Assembly (NCBI GenBank): GCA_965287045.1
Contig: OZ336904.1
Coordinates: 15,190,001 to 15,254,000 of the forward strand
Length of the DNA stretch: 64,000 bases
DNA from: Carcharhinus amblyrhynchos
Lineage: Eukaryota
Reading direction: 5' to 3'
Shown: piece after piece, positions 1-12,489 of the stretch
How the letters are laid out: every line of letters starts with the position of its first letter
Numbering within the stretch: position 1 is the stretch's first letter
The notes under the pieces: model-generated
Seen by the model: the letters and a program-made list of their open reading frames with translations, nothing else
Database searches by the model: none
What the model was told of the DNA's origin: nothing
Made by a program: the position numbers and the translations under genes

Positions 1-237
1 AGTCTTACTGATTTTGGCTGTATTGTTGAAGACAGACAATGCATCTGATACCGATTCAAGGGAAGGGGGTTTTAGGGACAGATCTTCATCCAGAGAATCG
101 TCCAGGTAAATAGTTTCCCGGTTTGGGTTACAGCTGGAGCTCGAGGCGCTGATAGGCGTGACGCTGCTCATTGGCAGCGTCTTTGGGCCGGTACCTGCCG
201 GAGTAGAGAGCTTCTGCTCTTTCTTGGGGCTCGAGTC
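1..237 (-). CDS. UBN2: Ubinuclein exon 14, partial (DSSPKKEQK...TIYLDDSLDEDLSLKPPSLESVSDAL...)
   Basis: CTTTTCCTTTAACTAG acceptor; open frame to window edge; LDDSLDEDL motif. Confidence 0.92.
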
Positions 238-462
238 CTAGTTAAAGGAAAAGTGAAAGATGGTGAGGAATTGTAACAGTTGTCAAAACACCTCATATTC
301 CATTCAAATCTCAATATCATCTGCCTACACAATAGATAAACCCTAACCCCACTGAAAACACTACAAATTAACTCTTTAACGGCCCCCCAGGAGAAGGAGG
401 CGGAGGTGGTGGCGTAAAGGAGATTCATTGTTCATGCTTCAGTTTCAGAGACACATCCAGAC

Positions 463-722
463 TGGGCAGCACAGTGGTTAGCACTACAGCTTCATAGCAC
501 CAGGGACCCGGGTTCAATTGCCGACCTGTGTGGAGTCTGCATGGGTTTCCTCCAGGTGCTCCAGTTTCCTCCCCAAGTCTGAAAGATGTGCTGCTTAGAT
601 GCATTGGCCATGCTAAATTCTCCCTCAGTGTACCCAAACAGACACTGGACTGTGGTGACTAGGGGATTTTCATCGTAATTTCATTGCAAAATTAACATGA
701 GCCTACTTGCGACACTAAATAA
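463..722 (+). mobile_element. V-SINE type B (alternative tail)
   Basis: Same head and core as type A; tail resembling AACTTCATTGCAGTGTTAATGTAAGCCTACTTGTGAC. Confidence 0.8.
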
Positions 723-799
723 CATTTGCAGTCATAAACCTGCCCCACTGGCACCAACTGAGATAAGCTGTACGTGGACTGGCCTTCCATTCTGCTCCT

Positions 800-965
800 G
801 ATGTGGAGTTGCTGGCGTTGAGCTGGGGTAGGCACAGTAAGTAATCTCACAACACAAGATTAAAGTCCAACTTTATCACTCACCTGATGAAGAAGCAGCA
901 CTCCGAAAGCTCGTGCTATCAAATAAACCTGATGGACTTTAACCTGGTGTTGTGAGATTACTTAC
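800..965 (+). mobile_element. Penelope-like element family A, fold-back copy with hammerhead motif
   Basis: TSD TCTGCTCCTG (791-800 / 966-975); inverted arms; CTGATGA..GAAA core at 881-915. Confidence 0.75.
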
Positions 966-1193
966 TCTGCTCCTGGATACAGTGATCAGACTGTACAGGC
1001 TGGAGACTGCTGCCCAACAGATACACTCAGCGAGGCTAAAGGTGCACAAGGTTTGCCTGCATCATCACTGCTCCTCACTGTAATTCACTGTGATCCGGAT
1101 ACTATTTCTTCCATTCCATATTCTGGTTGTTATCTAGCTTCAATAAATCAAAAATGTTCACTTGAGGGAGCAACATTAAAGGGAAAAATTCAC

Positions 1194-1236
1194 CTTTACT
1201 TTCGGTTTTGGGGCGAGTATCACCTTCTTCTTGGCC
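1194..1236 (-). CDS. UBN2: Ubinuclein exon 13 (AKKKVILAPKPKVK)
   Basis: CTTTTCTCTCCTAG acceptor, AAG|GTGAAT donor; 43 nt. Confidence 0.93.
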
Positions 1237-1629
1237 CTAGGAGAGAAAAGACAGCGAGGTCAAGAAACCCAACTCCAACAACCTGAAGAGAGTTGCCCAA
1301 AAGGGATTGCAAACAAAACATGCAAAACGTACAGCACCTCAGTCAGCATCCAAAAGAGAGAAATAGATTATGTTTAAGCGGGTCCCTTGGCCTCCCCTAA
1401 AACACCAAGCTTTCTTGGAAAATGACCAACTCTCATTTTAGATTGCGGACTTTTGTTTCATTAATTGTACGTGGGATGCGTCTTTGGCAAGGCAGTGTTT
1501 GCTCCCCAGTCCACGTTCACCAGGTGGCGGAGTTGGGTCTCGACTCGGTGATGCTCCCTAGATCACATCAGGATTTGGAAGATTGTAGTCAGGTGCAAGC
1601 CTGTTACTGAACATGCTGGGATCTAATAA

Positions 1630-2570
1630 TAGAGTCATAGACGTTTACAGCACAGAAACAAGCCCTTTGGCCCAACTTGTCCATGCTGCCCTTTTTAAAA
1701 AAAACCCCAAGCTAATCCCAACTGCCCGCATTTGACCCATATCCCTCTATATCCATCGTACCCACTTAACTATCGAAATGTTTTTTAAAACACAAAATTG
1801 TACCCACCTCTACTGCTACCTCTGGCAGCTTGTTCCAGAGGCTCACCACCCTGTTTGTGAAATAATTGCCCCCAGACACTTTTGTATCTCTCCCCTCTCA
1901 CTTAAACCTATGCCCTCTAGTTTCAGACTCCCTTACCTTTGGGAAAAGATATTGACTATCTACCTTGTCTATGCCCCTCATTATTTTATAGGACTCTATA
2001 AGATCACCCCTCAGCCTCCTATGCTCCAGAGAAAAATGTCCCAGCCTATCCAGCCTCTCCTTCTAACTCAATCCATCAAGTTCCAGTAGCATCCCAGTTT
2101 TCTGTACTCTTTCTAGTTTAATAATATCCTTTCTATAATAGGGTCACCAGAATTGCACACAGTGTGGCCTTGCCAATGTCTTGTACAACTTCAACAAGAC
2201 ATTCCAACTCTTGTATTCAATGTTCTGACCAATGAAACCAAGCATGCCGAATGCCTTCTTCACCACTCTGTCCACCGTGACTCCACTTTCAAGGAGCCAC
2301 GAACAGGTACCCCTAGATTTCTTTGTTCTGTAACTCTCCCCAACACCCTACCATTAACTGAGTAAGTCCTGCCCTGGTTCAATCAAAATGCATCACCTCG
2401 CATTTGTCTAAATTAAACACCATCTGCCATTCATCAGCCCACTGGCCCAATTGATCAAGATCCCGTTGCAATTGGAGATAACTTTCTTCACTGTCCACTG
2501 TGCCACAAATCTTGGTGTCATCTGCAAACTTATGAACCATGCCCCCTATATTCTCAGCCAAATCATTTAT
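1630..2570 (-). mobile_element. CR1-clade LINE 3' fragment
   Basis: RT motif HKFADDTKI...LQRDLDQLGQWADEWQMVFNLDKCEVMHF; CR1-type 3' tail. Confidence 0.9.
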
Positions 2571-4027
2571 ATCTGGAAAACTAACCAGTGAAATCATTAT
2601 TATAATTGAACTGGAAGATTAACTAGGGATATGCAGTATAATCTAATTCTCCAAACTAATTCCTGGGTCATTCCCCAATAATCCCCCCTTGGGTTTCAAA
2701 GCATAGGTTCTATACAGAAGCTATAAGTCTCGACCTTCTATTGGAAGCCATTAATTGGGGGTTCATGGGCCAATGTTGAATTGTTTAAGGCCAATTAACA
2801 AAAAAAAAACAATTTCCTGCTTACAATAATAGATAAATGTGCTTAATTTGGTCTTCGTCAGTTTTAAAAGTAAAGCTTGGTTGTGCGATAAATGCTACCT
2901 CTGAATGAGCTCAAATGTGGCAGCTCAATGGTATTTCTCAAAGTGATCTAAACAACAGTAAACAGGGGAATCTCGAACTTCCCCTTAAACACTGTCTTGC
3001 CCTCAGCAAGATTTCACGGGCACTAACTATCTTCAAATCTTGCTATAATCGAACAGCCCCAACCATCTCTGGTACTAGCCCACAGATAATAAAACTCTTC
3101 CAATTCATTTTGAGGCTTTATATTGGACTGCTCCATGGAATTACCTACTGGTCATCTGAATGGATGAAATAGGAAATCAAAAGGGAAAAGTCACCGAAGG
3201 AGCTGAGTTTGGTTCATCAATTATAACCAGTCGAAGCTCAGCACTCCCAGGCTTCTTCTCTCATCCATATTCGGGATGAATATGTGGCTCTGAATGCCCA
3301 GTGGTCAGGAGCAGTAAGACACTCACTAACCTGGAATGTGATGGAGTTAAGGAGAAAAGATATCATGCTGCAAATAGAATGAATAGACTATGACAGCTCA
3401 GCCCTCCACTTTACAAAACCCTTAGATAATATATAAATCACTGAGAATTTAATGAACTCAACCCAACAATATATGATCTTTGAAATTTAACACCAAACGC
3501 AGTGGACCATCCTTTCTATTATTAAATTCTCTAATCTGTCCACATTACTGAAGTTCCTCACCCCCGAACCATTCTCTGAAACGTCTCCAAGGTACATCAG
3601 TTTCGCTCTGATGCCACCCCCTCAACATTATTTATTTACCAAACAGACTGTTCAAGGACATGAAGTCACTGCTGCTTTTTTTTAAATGTACAAATTATTT
3701 CAAATATGTTGCTTAATTCCTTGGGACAAAACTAAAACGTCATTAAAATTTGCAACCATTTAACCTACTGTAACATTTTCTGAAAGAGATCGCACTGCCC
3801 TTACACGCACCACAGTATTGCAGCTTACAGCATGAGCAGCACCCAGAGGATTATAGCATCCAATTATGTGGGATTGTCCAGTGGCCATAGCCAGGAATAT
3901 GCCATTACGTTCAATTTTTATTTGTTTACAGTCAGTTTTAATTGTAAGAGTTAACATGAGATTGTCTTCAAAAATTATGCTTTCTTATATTCGCAATGCT
4001 ATATAAATTGCAGTGCAATACACAAAT

Positions 4028-4345
4028 GGCGGCACGGTGACAGTGATTAGCACTGCTGCCTCACAGTGCCAGGGACTTGATTTGATTCTGGCCTTGGACC
4101 ACGGTCTGTGTGGCGTCTGCACATTCTCTCTCTGTCTGCATGGGTTTCCTCCGGATGCTCCGGTTTCCTCCCACAGTCCAAAGGTGCACTTTGGTTTGGT
4201 TGATTGGCCATGTTAAATTGACCCTAGTGTCAGGGAACTAGCAGGGTAAATACGTGGGATTATGGGGATAGGGCCTGGGTGGAATTGTGGTCAGTGCAGA
4301 CTCTAAGTCGAATGGTTCCTTTCTGCACTGTAGATTCTATGATTC
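4028..4345 (+). mobile_element. V-SINE type A (HE1-like, CR1-type tail)
   Basis: tRNA-like head, GGGTTTCCTCCGG core, GATTCTATGATTCT tail. Confidence 0.85.
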
Positions 4346-4736
4346 TCAACAATGGTTTACACTTCATGATTTCAGAGGAACACATTCAGATAAAAACATA
4401 GGAAAATACACACAGATGCGCACAGGCCCGCACGCGCACACCCCCCCCAGGGGCACGCACACGTGCACACACACCAGAGACACGTGGACACTCGCACACA
4501 CATCCAGGGGTGCGCGCATGCGCACATTGGATTGATCAGTACTGAGCTGATCTGTAGATATGTGACCTGCGAACACTGACTGCCAGGGCGCTCACATGAA
4601 AAACGATTCTGGAAAGCAGCATGAGTCCACAGGACACAGTACAGGAAGGAGTCTGTGCCTTCAGCGGGAGGGACAGTGTAAATTCGCAACGCAGTAAATA
4701 AGAGGGAAAAATATAAGTGGCTGTGGTTGTACTCAC

Positions 4737-4787
4737 GGTGTGGCAGTCAGGTGATTGTGCACTCTCTTGCTCTCTTTAAGCAGCATT
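4737..4787 (-). CDS. UBN2: Ubinuclein exon 12 (MLLKESKRVHNHLTATP)
   Basis: TTTTCTGTTGCAG acceptor, CC|GTGAGT donor; 51 nt. Confidence 0.93.
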
Positions 4788-5344
4788 CTGCAACAGAAAA
4801 GACACAGTCAGTAACATTTTTTCAGTGATTTTTGGGGGATGGCGTGGTCTGCTCTGTATATCTGCTGTTTGGAGAATGGGACGTCAACAGAACTCTACTG
4901 TTAAGGAACAGTTGCAGAATAAAATTCCCTACTCCGTGTGACAGCTGCATGCTTGTAACCATAATCCACAAACAATATCCATTAACTGCGTGATGCCATC
5001 TACACATCAGTTTTGTTTCTGTGGCTCAGTGTGCAGTTTGTGTTTACTTGTCAGCCTCCATCCACTCAGAGCTGGCTCCTCTGAGGGCTTTATGTCAGTT
5101 AATAGATGTTCTTTTGCACTGTTTTCTTGAAGATTGAGACCCTGGTGGAACAATGTTCAAACAGAGAACATTCCCCCAATGATGACTGAACCAAATTTCC
5201 CTTACTTTCCATTGTTGCAGATTAAGAATTTTGGGGGTTGCAGCACCACAGTTGACAAGGCAGGGCACATGGCCTTGAGCAGAGCCCCAGCGTCCATTTG
5301 AGCATTTTAAAATTCTGTGTCCTGGTAAGAAAAACCTCTCCACT

Positions 5345-5555
5345 TATTATTAGCCAAAGCAAGGAAGTAGATAAGGAGAAAAGCTTCCCACTAGAGGCAG
5401 TAATCAGAAGATACAGATTTAAAATAACTGCAGAGGAACTGGAGGCAAGATGAGGAAAATTGTATTTTTATTTAGTGAATTATGATCTGGAAGGCACTGC
5501 CTGAATTGATGGTGGAAACAGATTCAACAGCAATTTTCAAGAAATAATTGGATAT
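5345..5555 (+). mobile_element. Decayed CR1 3' fragment
   Basis: GATCTGGAAGGCACTGCCTG...GGTGGAAACAGATTCAA typical ORF2 end. Confidence 0.6.
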
Positions 5556-5556
5556 A

Positions 5557-5750
5557 TAGAATCCCTACAGTGCAGGAGGCCATTCGGCCCATCGAGTCTG
5601 CACCAACCACAATCCACCCAGGCCCCATCCCCATAACCCCATGCATTAATCCCCAAGGGGCAATTTAGCGTTGCCAATCCACCTAACCTGCATGTCTTTG
5701 GAGTGTGGGAGGAAACTCACACAGGAGGAAATCCACACAGATACGGGAAG
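5557..5750 (-). mobile_element. V-SINE type A, partial
   Basis: Tail and core homology. Confidence 0.75.
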
Positions 5751-6419
5751 ATTATTTGAAAAATAAATATTTGCAGGGATGTGGAGAAAGAGGAGGGAGA
5801 TAAAACTATCAGCTCAAAGTTGGAAGGTGCTGCAAGAGTCCAAGATTCATTTCAGGTGTTGTCAGCACCCAGATCAAAGATGGGGCAGGGACAACCCCTC
5901 ACGATATACCTACAATCCCTTTCCCGAATGTCATGGCAGCCTTGTACATTTCCTCTTCCTTCACCAACAGCAACACACACACCTCTCCCCAACCCGTACA
6001 GGTGATGAGTGTTAATGCCTGTTCAATAAGCTGGTTCTGTCAATAATCTGTGCCACAATCATAGCCCCTTCAACAATCTCCTTGGCTACGGCATCAACAT
6101 GTGATCAACTTGTCCTCTTGTTCCAGTGACACTCCTCAAGCTATGGATCCTATCTCCGAAATTTTACTTCCAATGCTGACTTGAGTTCACGCCACAAACG
6201 CTACCAGTTTTGAATAACTCCCTGCCTCAAAGAGAGGATGCTGAAGTTGAGTGTTAAGCAGTTGTGAATTTTGAGGCTTTATAATGCTTTAAAACTGGTT
6301 GTACTCTGGGGAGACACTGAGAAGGGTAAGCAGTGACCAAGAACATTCTTCTTACAAATGGGCTGCTCACAAGCTGAGGGCATCTTGAGCTCCATCTAGC
6401 TCTCACCATTCTTTTTTTT

Positions 6420-6666
6420 AAGTTTATTTATTAGTTACAAGTAAGGCTTACATTAACACTGCAATGAAGTTCCTGCGACATTCCCCTAGTTGCCACACTC
6501 CGGCACCCATTCGGGTCAACGCACCTAACCAGCACGTCTTTCAGACTGTGGGAGGAAATGCATGCAGACATGGGGAGAATGTGCAAACTCCACACAGAGA
6601 CCCAAGCTAGGAATCGATCCCAGGTCTCTGGCACTGTGAGACAGCAGTGCTAACCACTGTGCCGCC
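6420..6666 (-). mobile_element. V-SINE type B
   Basis: Homology. Confidence 0.82.
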
Positions 6667-6689
6667 TCTGAGTCAGAAAGCACATTTAA

Positions 6690-7105
6690 AGAACTGTTTC
6701 TAAAGCATTCTTCACATTCTCAGGGAGCTCCAAACAGACTGACAGTCAATGAAGCACTTGTTAAAGCATAGTCACGCTTGCAACGTAGGAAACGTAGCAT
6801 TCAACAGCAAGATCTCTCAAGCACCGAAAGGATAAGATGATAATCTTGATACTGGTTAAGGGATAAATATTGGCCAGGACATCGAGGGAAGTCCTCCTTC
6901 AAAATGGTGTCATGGAATTTTTCACATCTACCTGACAGAGCAGATAGAGTCTCCATTAAACATCATACCAAAAGGAAAGTGCAGCACTCCCTCAGTACAA
7001 CAATGGAGTGTCAGCCTAGATTACGACCTCAAGTCTCAAGAGTGGGACTTGAACTGACAGTTACATGATTCAGAAGTTTTGCGACACAGTGCTACTCACT
7101 GAGCC
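6690..7105 (-). mobile_element. Older tRNA-derived SINE, DeuSINE/SacSINE1-like
   Basis: GCACTCCCTCAGTAC..GGAGTGTCAGCCTAGATT...GTGGGACTTGAAC; homologous copies elsewhere in window. Confidence 0.6.
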
Positions 7106-7752
7106 TTGGTAGACATAGTTTGGAATGGACTCCATGCATTTGTCAGTGCCCCTCACTGGAAAGTGTAAAGATCATGCATAGCATATGAGTGCGGGGTCAA
7201 GAGAAGCTGCAAGTCCTTCCATAGTTGACCATCCTTTCTTGACTCACATACAAAATAGGCTGAATTAGGGGAAGCGTTCCCATAGCTCATGGCAGTGCCA
7301 GCTGTGGAAACGCAGGGACACGTGGCTGCAGCAACACTCCTGGACTGGGATGGGGGACTCCACCTTCAATGGTATTTCACCCCATGAAGTTCTTCCAATT
7401 TGATGCAGATAATGAGGGGCAGAGAAAAGGAACCATGATGAGCAGCTTTACAGGCCAGGCCAATAGCTCCTGTAGGGATGTTCATGGGGTAGACAGTTCT
7501 TTTTTCCCCCCACTGAATAGTTTGATCTCAGTGGGGGAAGAGACACTGTCCCTCTGTTCACAAATGATCAGCTCTTTGTTCCCATTACAGAAAAGGCCAT
7601 GCTTAAACTGGGGAAAATATGTCTGAAAAAATGCAATCAGTAAGGAATAAAGTGTTCATTGGCCAAAACGAATTATCAGAAATTTGCCACACTGTGGACC
7701 TTTTGTTACTCTTCAAAACGTGTGGAAGAATATAAAAGGCAGCCAATCTTAC

Positions 7753-7896
7753 CGTGCCTGCATCCAGCCTTTGGGCCAGATAGGTTTCACCTCGGTCTCC
7801 ATAAACGCCTTCAGATAATCCTCTGCAGACTGTGACTTGTTTTGCTCCAGTTCGTAACATCCCAGTTTTATCTTCACCAGGTTACACAGCAGATCC
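7753..7896 (-). CDS. UBN2: Ubinuclein exon 11 ([48 protein letters not shown])
   Basis: ATCAG acceptor, CG|GTAAGA donor; 144 nt; close to recalled human UBN2 segment. Confidence 0.96.
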
Positions 7897-8349
7897 CTGA
7901 TCATAACAATGATAAACAAGATAATGTTGTCAGAGTTTGGACACTTTCTGGGTCAATCATCCTGCACTGTTCATCCTCTCCACCCTCTTTATCCCAAGTT
8001 CCTACTTTCATCTCCTGAAGGCTCTGGGTGGTGTACAGGTCCAATGGATGGACAAGTTCCCCACTACCCCAAGTGGCACTTCATATGAGAACCAAAGAGC
8101 CAACCATTCACCTTCCCTGGCATAGAGAGTGTGTTAAATGTCTATCCTGCTTTATTGTTACATGTCCAGTAGTACAACCTCACTTTCTAGCCACAGACAT
8201 CCAGCCAGTTACAGTTAAACCTTGTTACCAGGAACTTGAGAGTACAAGCTCCTTTGTAACATGCTCTCTGATGCCAAACATAGCTGCAACAATCGTAAAG
8301 ATAGCAAAATCCTTGAAGGCGGCTGAATGAGTTAAAAGCAAGTAAATTG

Positions 8350-8860
8350 CATCCTTATAAATCAATGTTTAACCCTCAGCTGGAGAACTGTACCCAATTT
8401 CAGGCATCACATTTAAGTAAGGATAAAGGTGTAGGAGAGAGTGCAGGACAGGTTTATTAACAGAGATAAGGGGGCTTCAGTTGTGCTGAGAAACAGGAGA
8501 AGCCTTGGCTGTTCTCCTGAGAACAGATGACATGATTGCGGGGGGCGAGGTTCAGTACAGATGCTAACTTATGAGTGAGTTTGATTAAGAGTAAGAACTG
8601 TTTCCATTGGCAGGAAGATCAGTAACCCAGTACAGACTGAAAATAATAGCCATTAAGAAGCAAAGGCTGAGACGTGGAGAATCTTTCTTGAGAAATGCAG
8701 CAGATCATGATTTGGAATGCACGACCTAAAAGGATAGTGGACGCAGATTCAATATTATATTTCAGAACAGAACTGGATATATCCTTAAAAGAAAAAGAGC
8801 AGACACCGATATTGTTGGCCAAGTAGCCTGCTTCTGTGCTGTACAATTCTATGAATTTAT
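8350..8860 (+). mobile_element. Decayed CR1 3' fragment
   Basis: ORF2 C-terminal similarity and CTGTGCTGTACAATTCTATG tail. Confidence 0.65.
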
Positions 8861-9194
8861 CAAAAAATGCTTTTTTCCTTGCTACACACTGCTAATAGCT
8901 ATAGTCATACTTCAAGGCAGGATCTCTTTGCTTAGGTTAACATTCTTTTTCACCACCAGCTGATATTGTGCCAGCTGTTACCATGGTTAGAAACCCTTGT
9001 TAATGCTCAGAGTCCAGCCTCTGAGTGGGACGGAATGGTTTCCGGCAGCCAAGACACTGCAACCAGCAAGCAACTGGAAAAATAGTTCAGGATGGTACAA
9101 GGCACCAAAAACAGCCAGCAGTAAGCCTGAGATAGATATTCAACCACAGGCATTTGTAAACTACTCATCCAGGAAGAAAGAAATTGCATTTGAC

Positions 9195-9600
9195 GAACTC
9201 CCAAAAGTAATGAAGCATTTTGAAGTGTAGTCACTATTACAATGCAGGGAACACAACAACCAACTTGCACACTGCATGCTCCCAAAAGCAGAAATGGGCA
9301 TGCTCCCAAAAACAGCAGTGTGTTAATGACCAGATAATCTGTTTTAATTATGTTAGTTGAGAGATAAATACTGGCCAACACACCAGGAAGAACGTCCTCT
9401 GCTACTTTGCATGGTGCTGTGGGATGTTCTGCAACCATCTGAGAGGCAGGCATAGCCTCATTTAATATCCCACCTGAAGGACGGCACTTCCGACACTGCA
9501 GTACTCCCTCAGCACTGCGCTGGATTTTTAGCTGGAATTTTCTTGCTCAGGGTGCTGGAATGGGACTCAGAGGTGAGAGGGCTTACTAGGAAGCCACAGC
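9195..9600 (-). mobile_element. DeuSINE/SacSINE1-like copy
   Basis: Homology to 6690-7105. Confidence 0.6.
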
Positions 9601-10070
9601 GATGAAGTAAAGCTCTACCCATGTTGATTTGATAAAATTCATCATAATCCGAATATCAGAACAGCAACAGTTGCCAACATCACTTATTACTCATGATGAC
9701 AGATCTGTGCCAAAGTGTAGGGTTTTGGAGGCCCAATGCCCATTAGAAGCTGGGTGGATGCTAGGCAGGCTGAACTCCATTCAGGGAGAAATTTGCATCA
9801 CATCAGCATGAACTGGAATTGAACTCGTGTTAAAGCTATAAATCTACGTCTCAGCACACTACGATAATCTACATTTCCAACCACCAAGTTCTGTGGATGA
9901 AGATCACACAATTGTCATGAGCATGAACTGATGGTTTGAAAATATCTCTTGCTGCCTCACTGGACCTATTCTTGCAGCAGTATTTCCACCTCTCTTGGAA
10001 GGTGTCTAGGCTGCTAATCAAAGCCAGAAGAGAAGCAACAGAAGAAACCTCAAGAAGCACTTTGTCGCTC

Positions 10071-10372
10071 CACGGTGGCACAGAGGTTAGCACTGCCACC
10101 TCACAGTGCCAAGGACCCGGATTCGATTCCTGGCTTGGGTCACTGTCTGTGCAGAGTCTGCATGTCCTCCCCATGTTTGCATGGATTTCCTCCGGGTGCT
10201 CCGGTTTCCCCCCTCAGTCTGAAAGACATGCTGGTTAGGGTGGATCGGCCGTGCTAAATTCTCTGTGTATCCGAACAGGCGCCGGAGTGTGGTGGCTAGG
10301 GGATTTTCACAATAACTTCATTGCAGTGTGAATGTAAGCCTACTCATGACATTACTAAACTTTAAAACTTTA
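10071..10372 (+). mobile_element. V-SINE type B
   Basis: Full-length homology. Confidence 0.87.
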
Positions 10373-10979
10373 GATACTTTTCTCTGACGGCTGTATCTGC
10401 ATCTTACTAAACAAGGAAACCGCCCAAGAGTCACTTTCGCAACCGGGTTATGCAACCTGCCATTTCGTCACTCATCCTTGAATTAAACACTTTGTCAGTT
10501 GCAACAAAAGCAGAAATTGATGAAAACACACTGTCAGTCAGTCGGTCACTGTAGTGGAGCCACAGGGAGAGAACAGTGGGAGTGGGACTAACTAGAAAGA
10601 GCCGGAACTGCCACGATGGGCTGAATGCCTTCCTTCTGTGCTGTATTTTTCCACATCTGACTCAAGAGGCTGCTCACACCAGTGCGACTCAAGTCCATCT
10701 TAAAGCCATATATTCAGCCCATTTCTAATAATAATTTGATTTTTGACTTTTTTTTGTAAGAATAATAAACCTTAGAACAATTTGGAAAACAGAATTGGTT
10801 GAAGTAGAACTTAGCCACGGTGCAGGCAAAGTTGGGAAACATGCAGCTGGGTCATTACACTGTGTCCACTGGTGGATGGATGAAATGACAGTAGGCACAT
10901 GTCACAAACAGGAAGGAAATGTGCACAAGATCATGAAAATAGTGCAGCTACATGTTACTTCACAGGTGGTGGTGAGTGT

Positions 10980-11250
10980 TTAAGTTCAAGTTTATTTATT
11001 GACATAATGCTACATTAACACTGCAATTAAGTTACTGCGAAAATCCCCGAGTTGCCACAATCTGGCGACATTTCGGGCACACTGAAGTAGAATTTAGCAT
11101 GGTCATTGCACCTAACCAGCACATCTTTCAGACAGGAAATTGGAGCACCATGCAGAACTGGCGAGAACGTGCAGAATCTGCACAGACAGTGAACCAAGCT
11201 GGGTCCCTGGCTCTGTGAGGCAGTGGTGCTAACCATTGTGCCACCGCGCA
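10980..11250 (-). mobile_element. V-SINE type B
   Basis: Homology. Confidence 0.8.
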
Positions 11251-12087
11251 ACTACAAGAACCTTAAAAAGAATTTGATGATATTTGTGAAAACTCTTAAA
11301 TTTGTACCAAATATACAAAACTGGCTAGCAACAATAGTTTTTAACCAGTCAGCTGTAAATCAGGACATGAAGGGCTCAGACACTCAGCTCATCATGCCTG
11401 CTCTGCCATTTAATAACATGGTGGATCATATTTTGCCAGCAAAAATGAGAGCAGAGATAAAATGAAAGTCGACAAAGGGAAAAAATGAGAATATAGTAAC
11501 AACTCATAGCACAGAAGGCAACTACTCAGCCCATCATATCTGTGTCAATGAGATGCCACATGTTTCATATTTAGCATATAATATCAGAGGGGCACACAGC
11601 ATCTTAGAAAATCTGGATAAGCAGCTTGCAAAACATCACAAACAGCCAGATTGTCTTTTTTCTTGTCTACTCTTCAATGACGTTGGTCATGGGGTCCAAA
11701 TAACTGTTAGTCATGTGCGAGCTTGCGCAGTGAGTACCAATAAGCTGTAGGTAGTATCATAACCCAAGCTCAATATTTCTGTCAAACAGGCAATCTGGGG
11801 AAAGAGAAGTCAGTGGCTGACTTCAGCGCTGTGACAGGGTCAAACTCTCATCACAGCAACTTTTCCACGGGCAGCTGGTTCTCAATCGGGAAGTGAATTT
11901 AACAAAACGCAGGCGCAGAATATAGCACCAGCTAGCGGAGTTAGTCATTAACTAAGAAGGAAATTAGAAATAAAACTAGAAATGGAGGATGATGCGAAGA
12001 AAGGTATAAAGGAGCAGGAACACTTGTACGTCAAAGAACAAAGAAAATTACAGCACAGGAACAACCGATCAAGCTGCCTGAACTTTT

Positions 12088-12406
12088 GGGTGGCATGCTG
12101 ACACAGTGCTTAATGCTGCTGCCTCAGTGCCAGGGACCCGGGTTCAATTCCCGGCTTGGGCCATTGTCTGTGTGGAGTTTGCACATTCTCCGTGTATCTG
12201 TGTGGGTTTCCTCCGGGTGCTCCGGTTTCCTCCCACAGTCTAAAGGTTTGCAGGTTAGGTGGATTGGTCATGCTAAATTGCCCCTTAGCGTTGGGGGAAT
12301 AGCTAGAGTAAATGCATGAGGTTATGGGGATAGGGCCTGGGTGGAATTGTGGTTGGTATAGACTTAATGGGCCAAATGGCCTCCTTCTACACTGGAGGAT
12401 TCTATG
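12088..12406 (+). mobile_element. V-SINE type A
   Basis: Full-length homology. Confidence 0.88.
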
Positions 12407-12489
12407 GAAATAGATAATAGAAAGGGAGAAATAGAAATAAAACAAGGGAATGCCCCTTATTACTATAAGGAGGTTGAATAAATTAGAAA

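Noticed and set aside
370-425. GC-rich patch translating to TPPPPPPSPGGPLK on minus, a possible cassette exon
   Set aside because: In-frame stops on both sides and no suitable acceptor or phase-0 donor
5178-5270. ATGATGA box C as a C/D snoRNA
   Set aside because: Antisense to the host gene, with no suitably placed D box or terminal stem
9274-9312. GCATGCTCCCAAAA direct repeat
   Set aside because: Ordinary small tandem duplication within an old SINE
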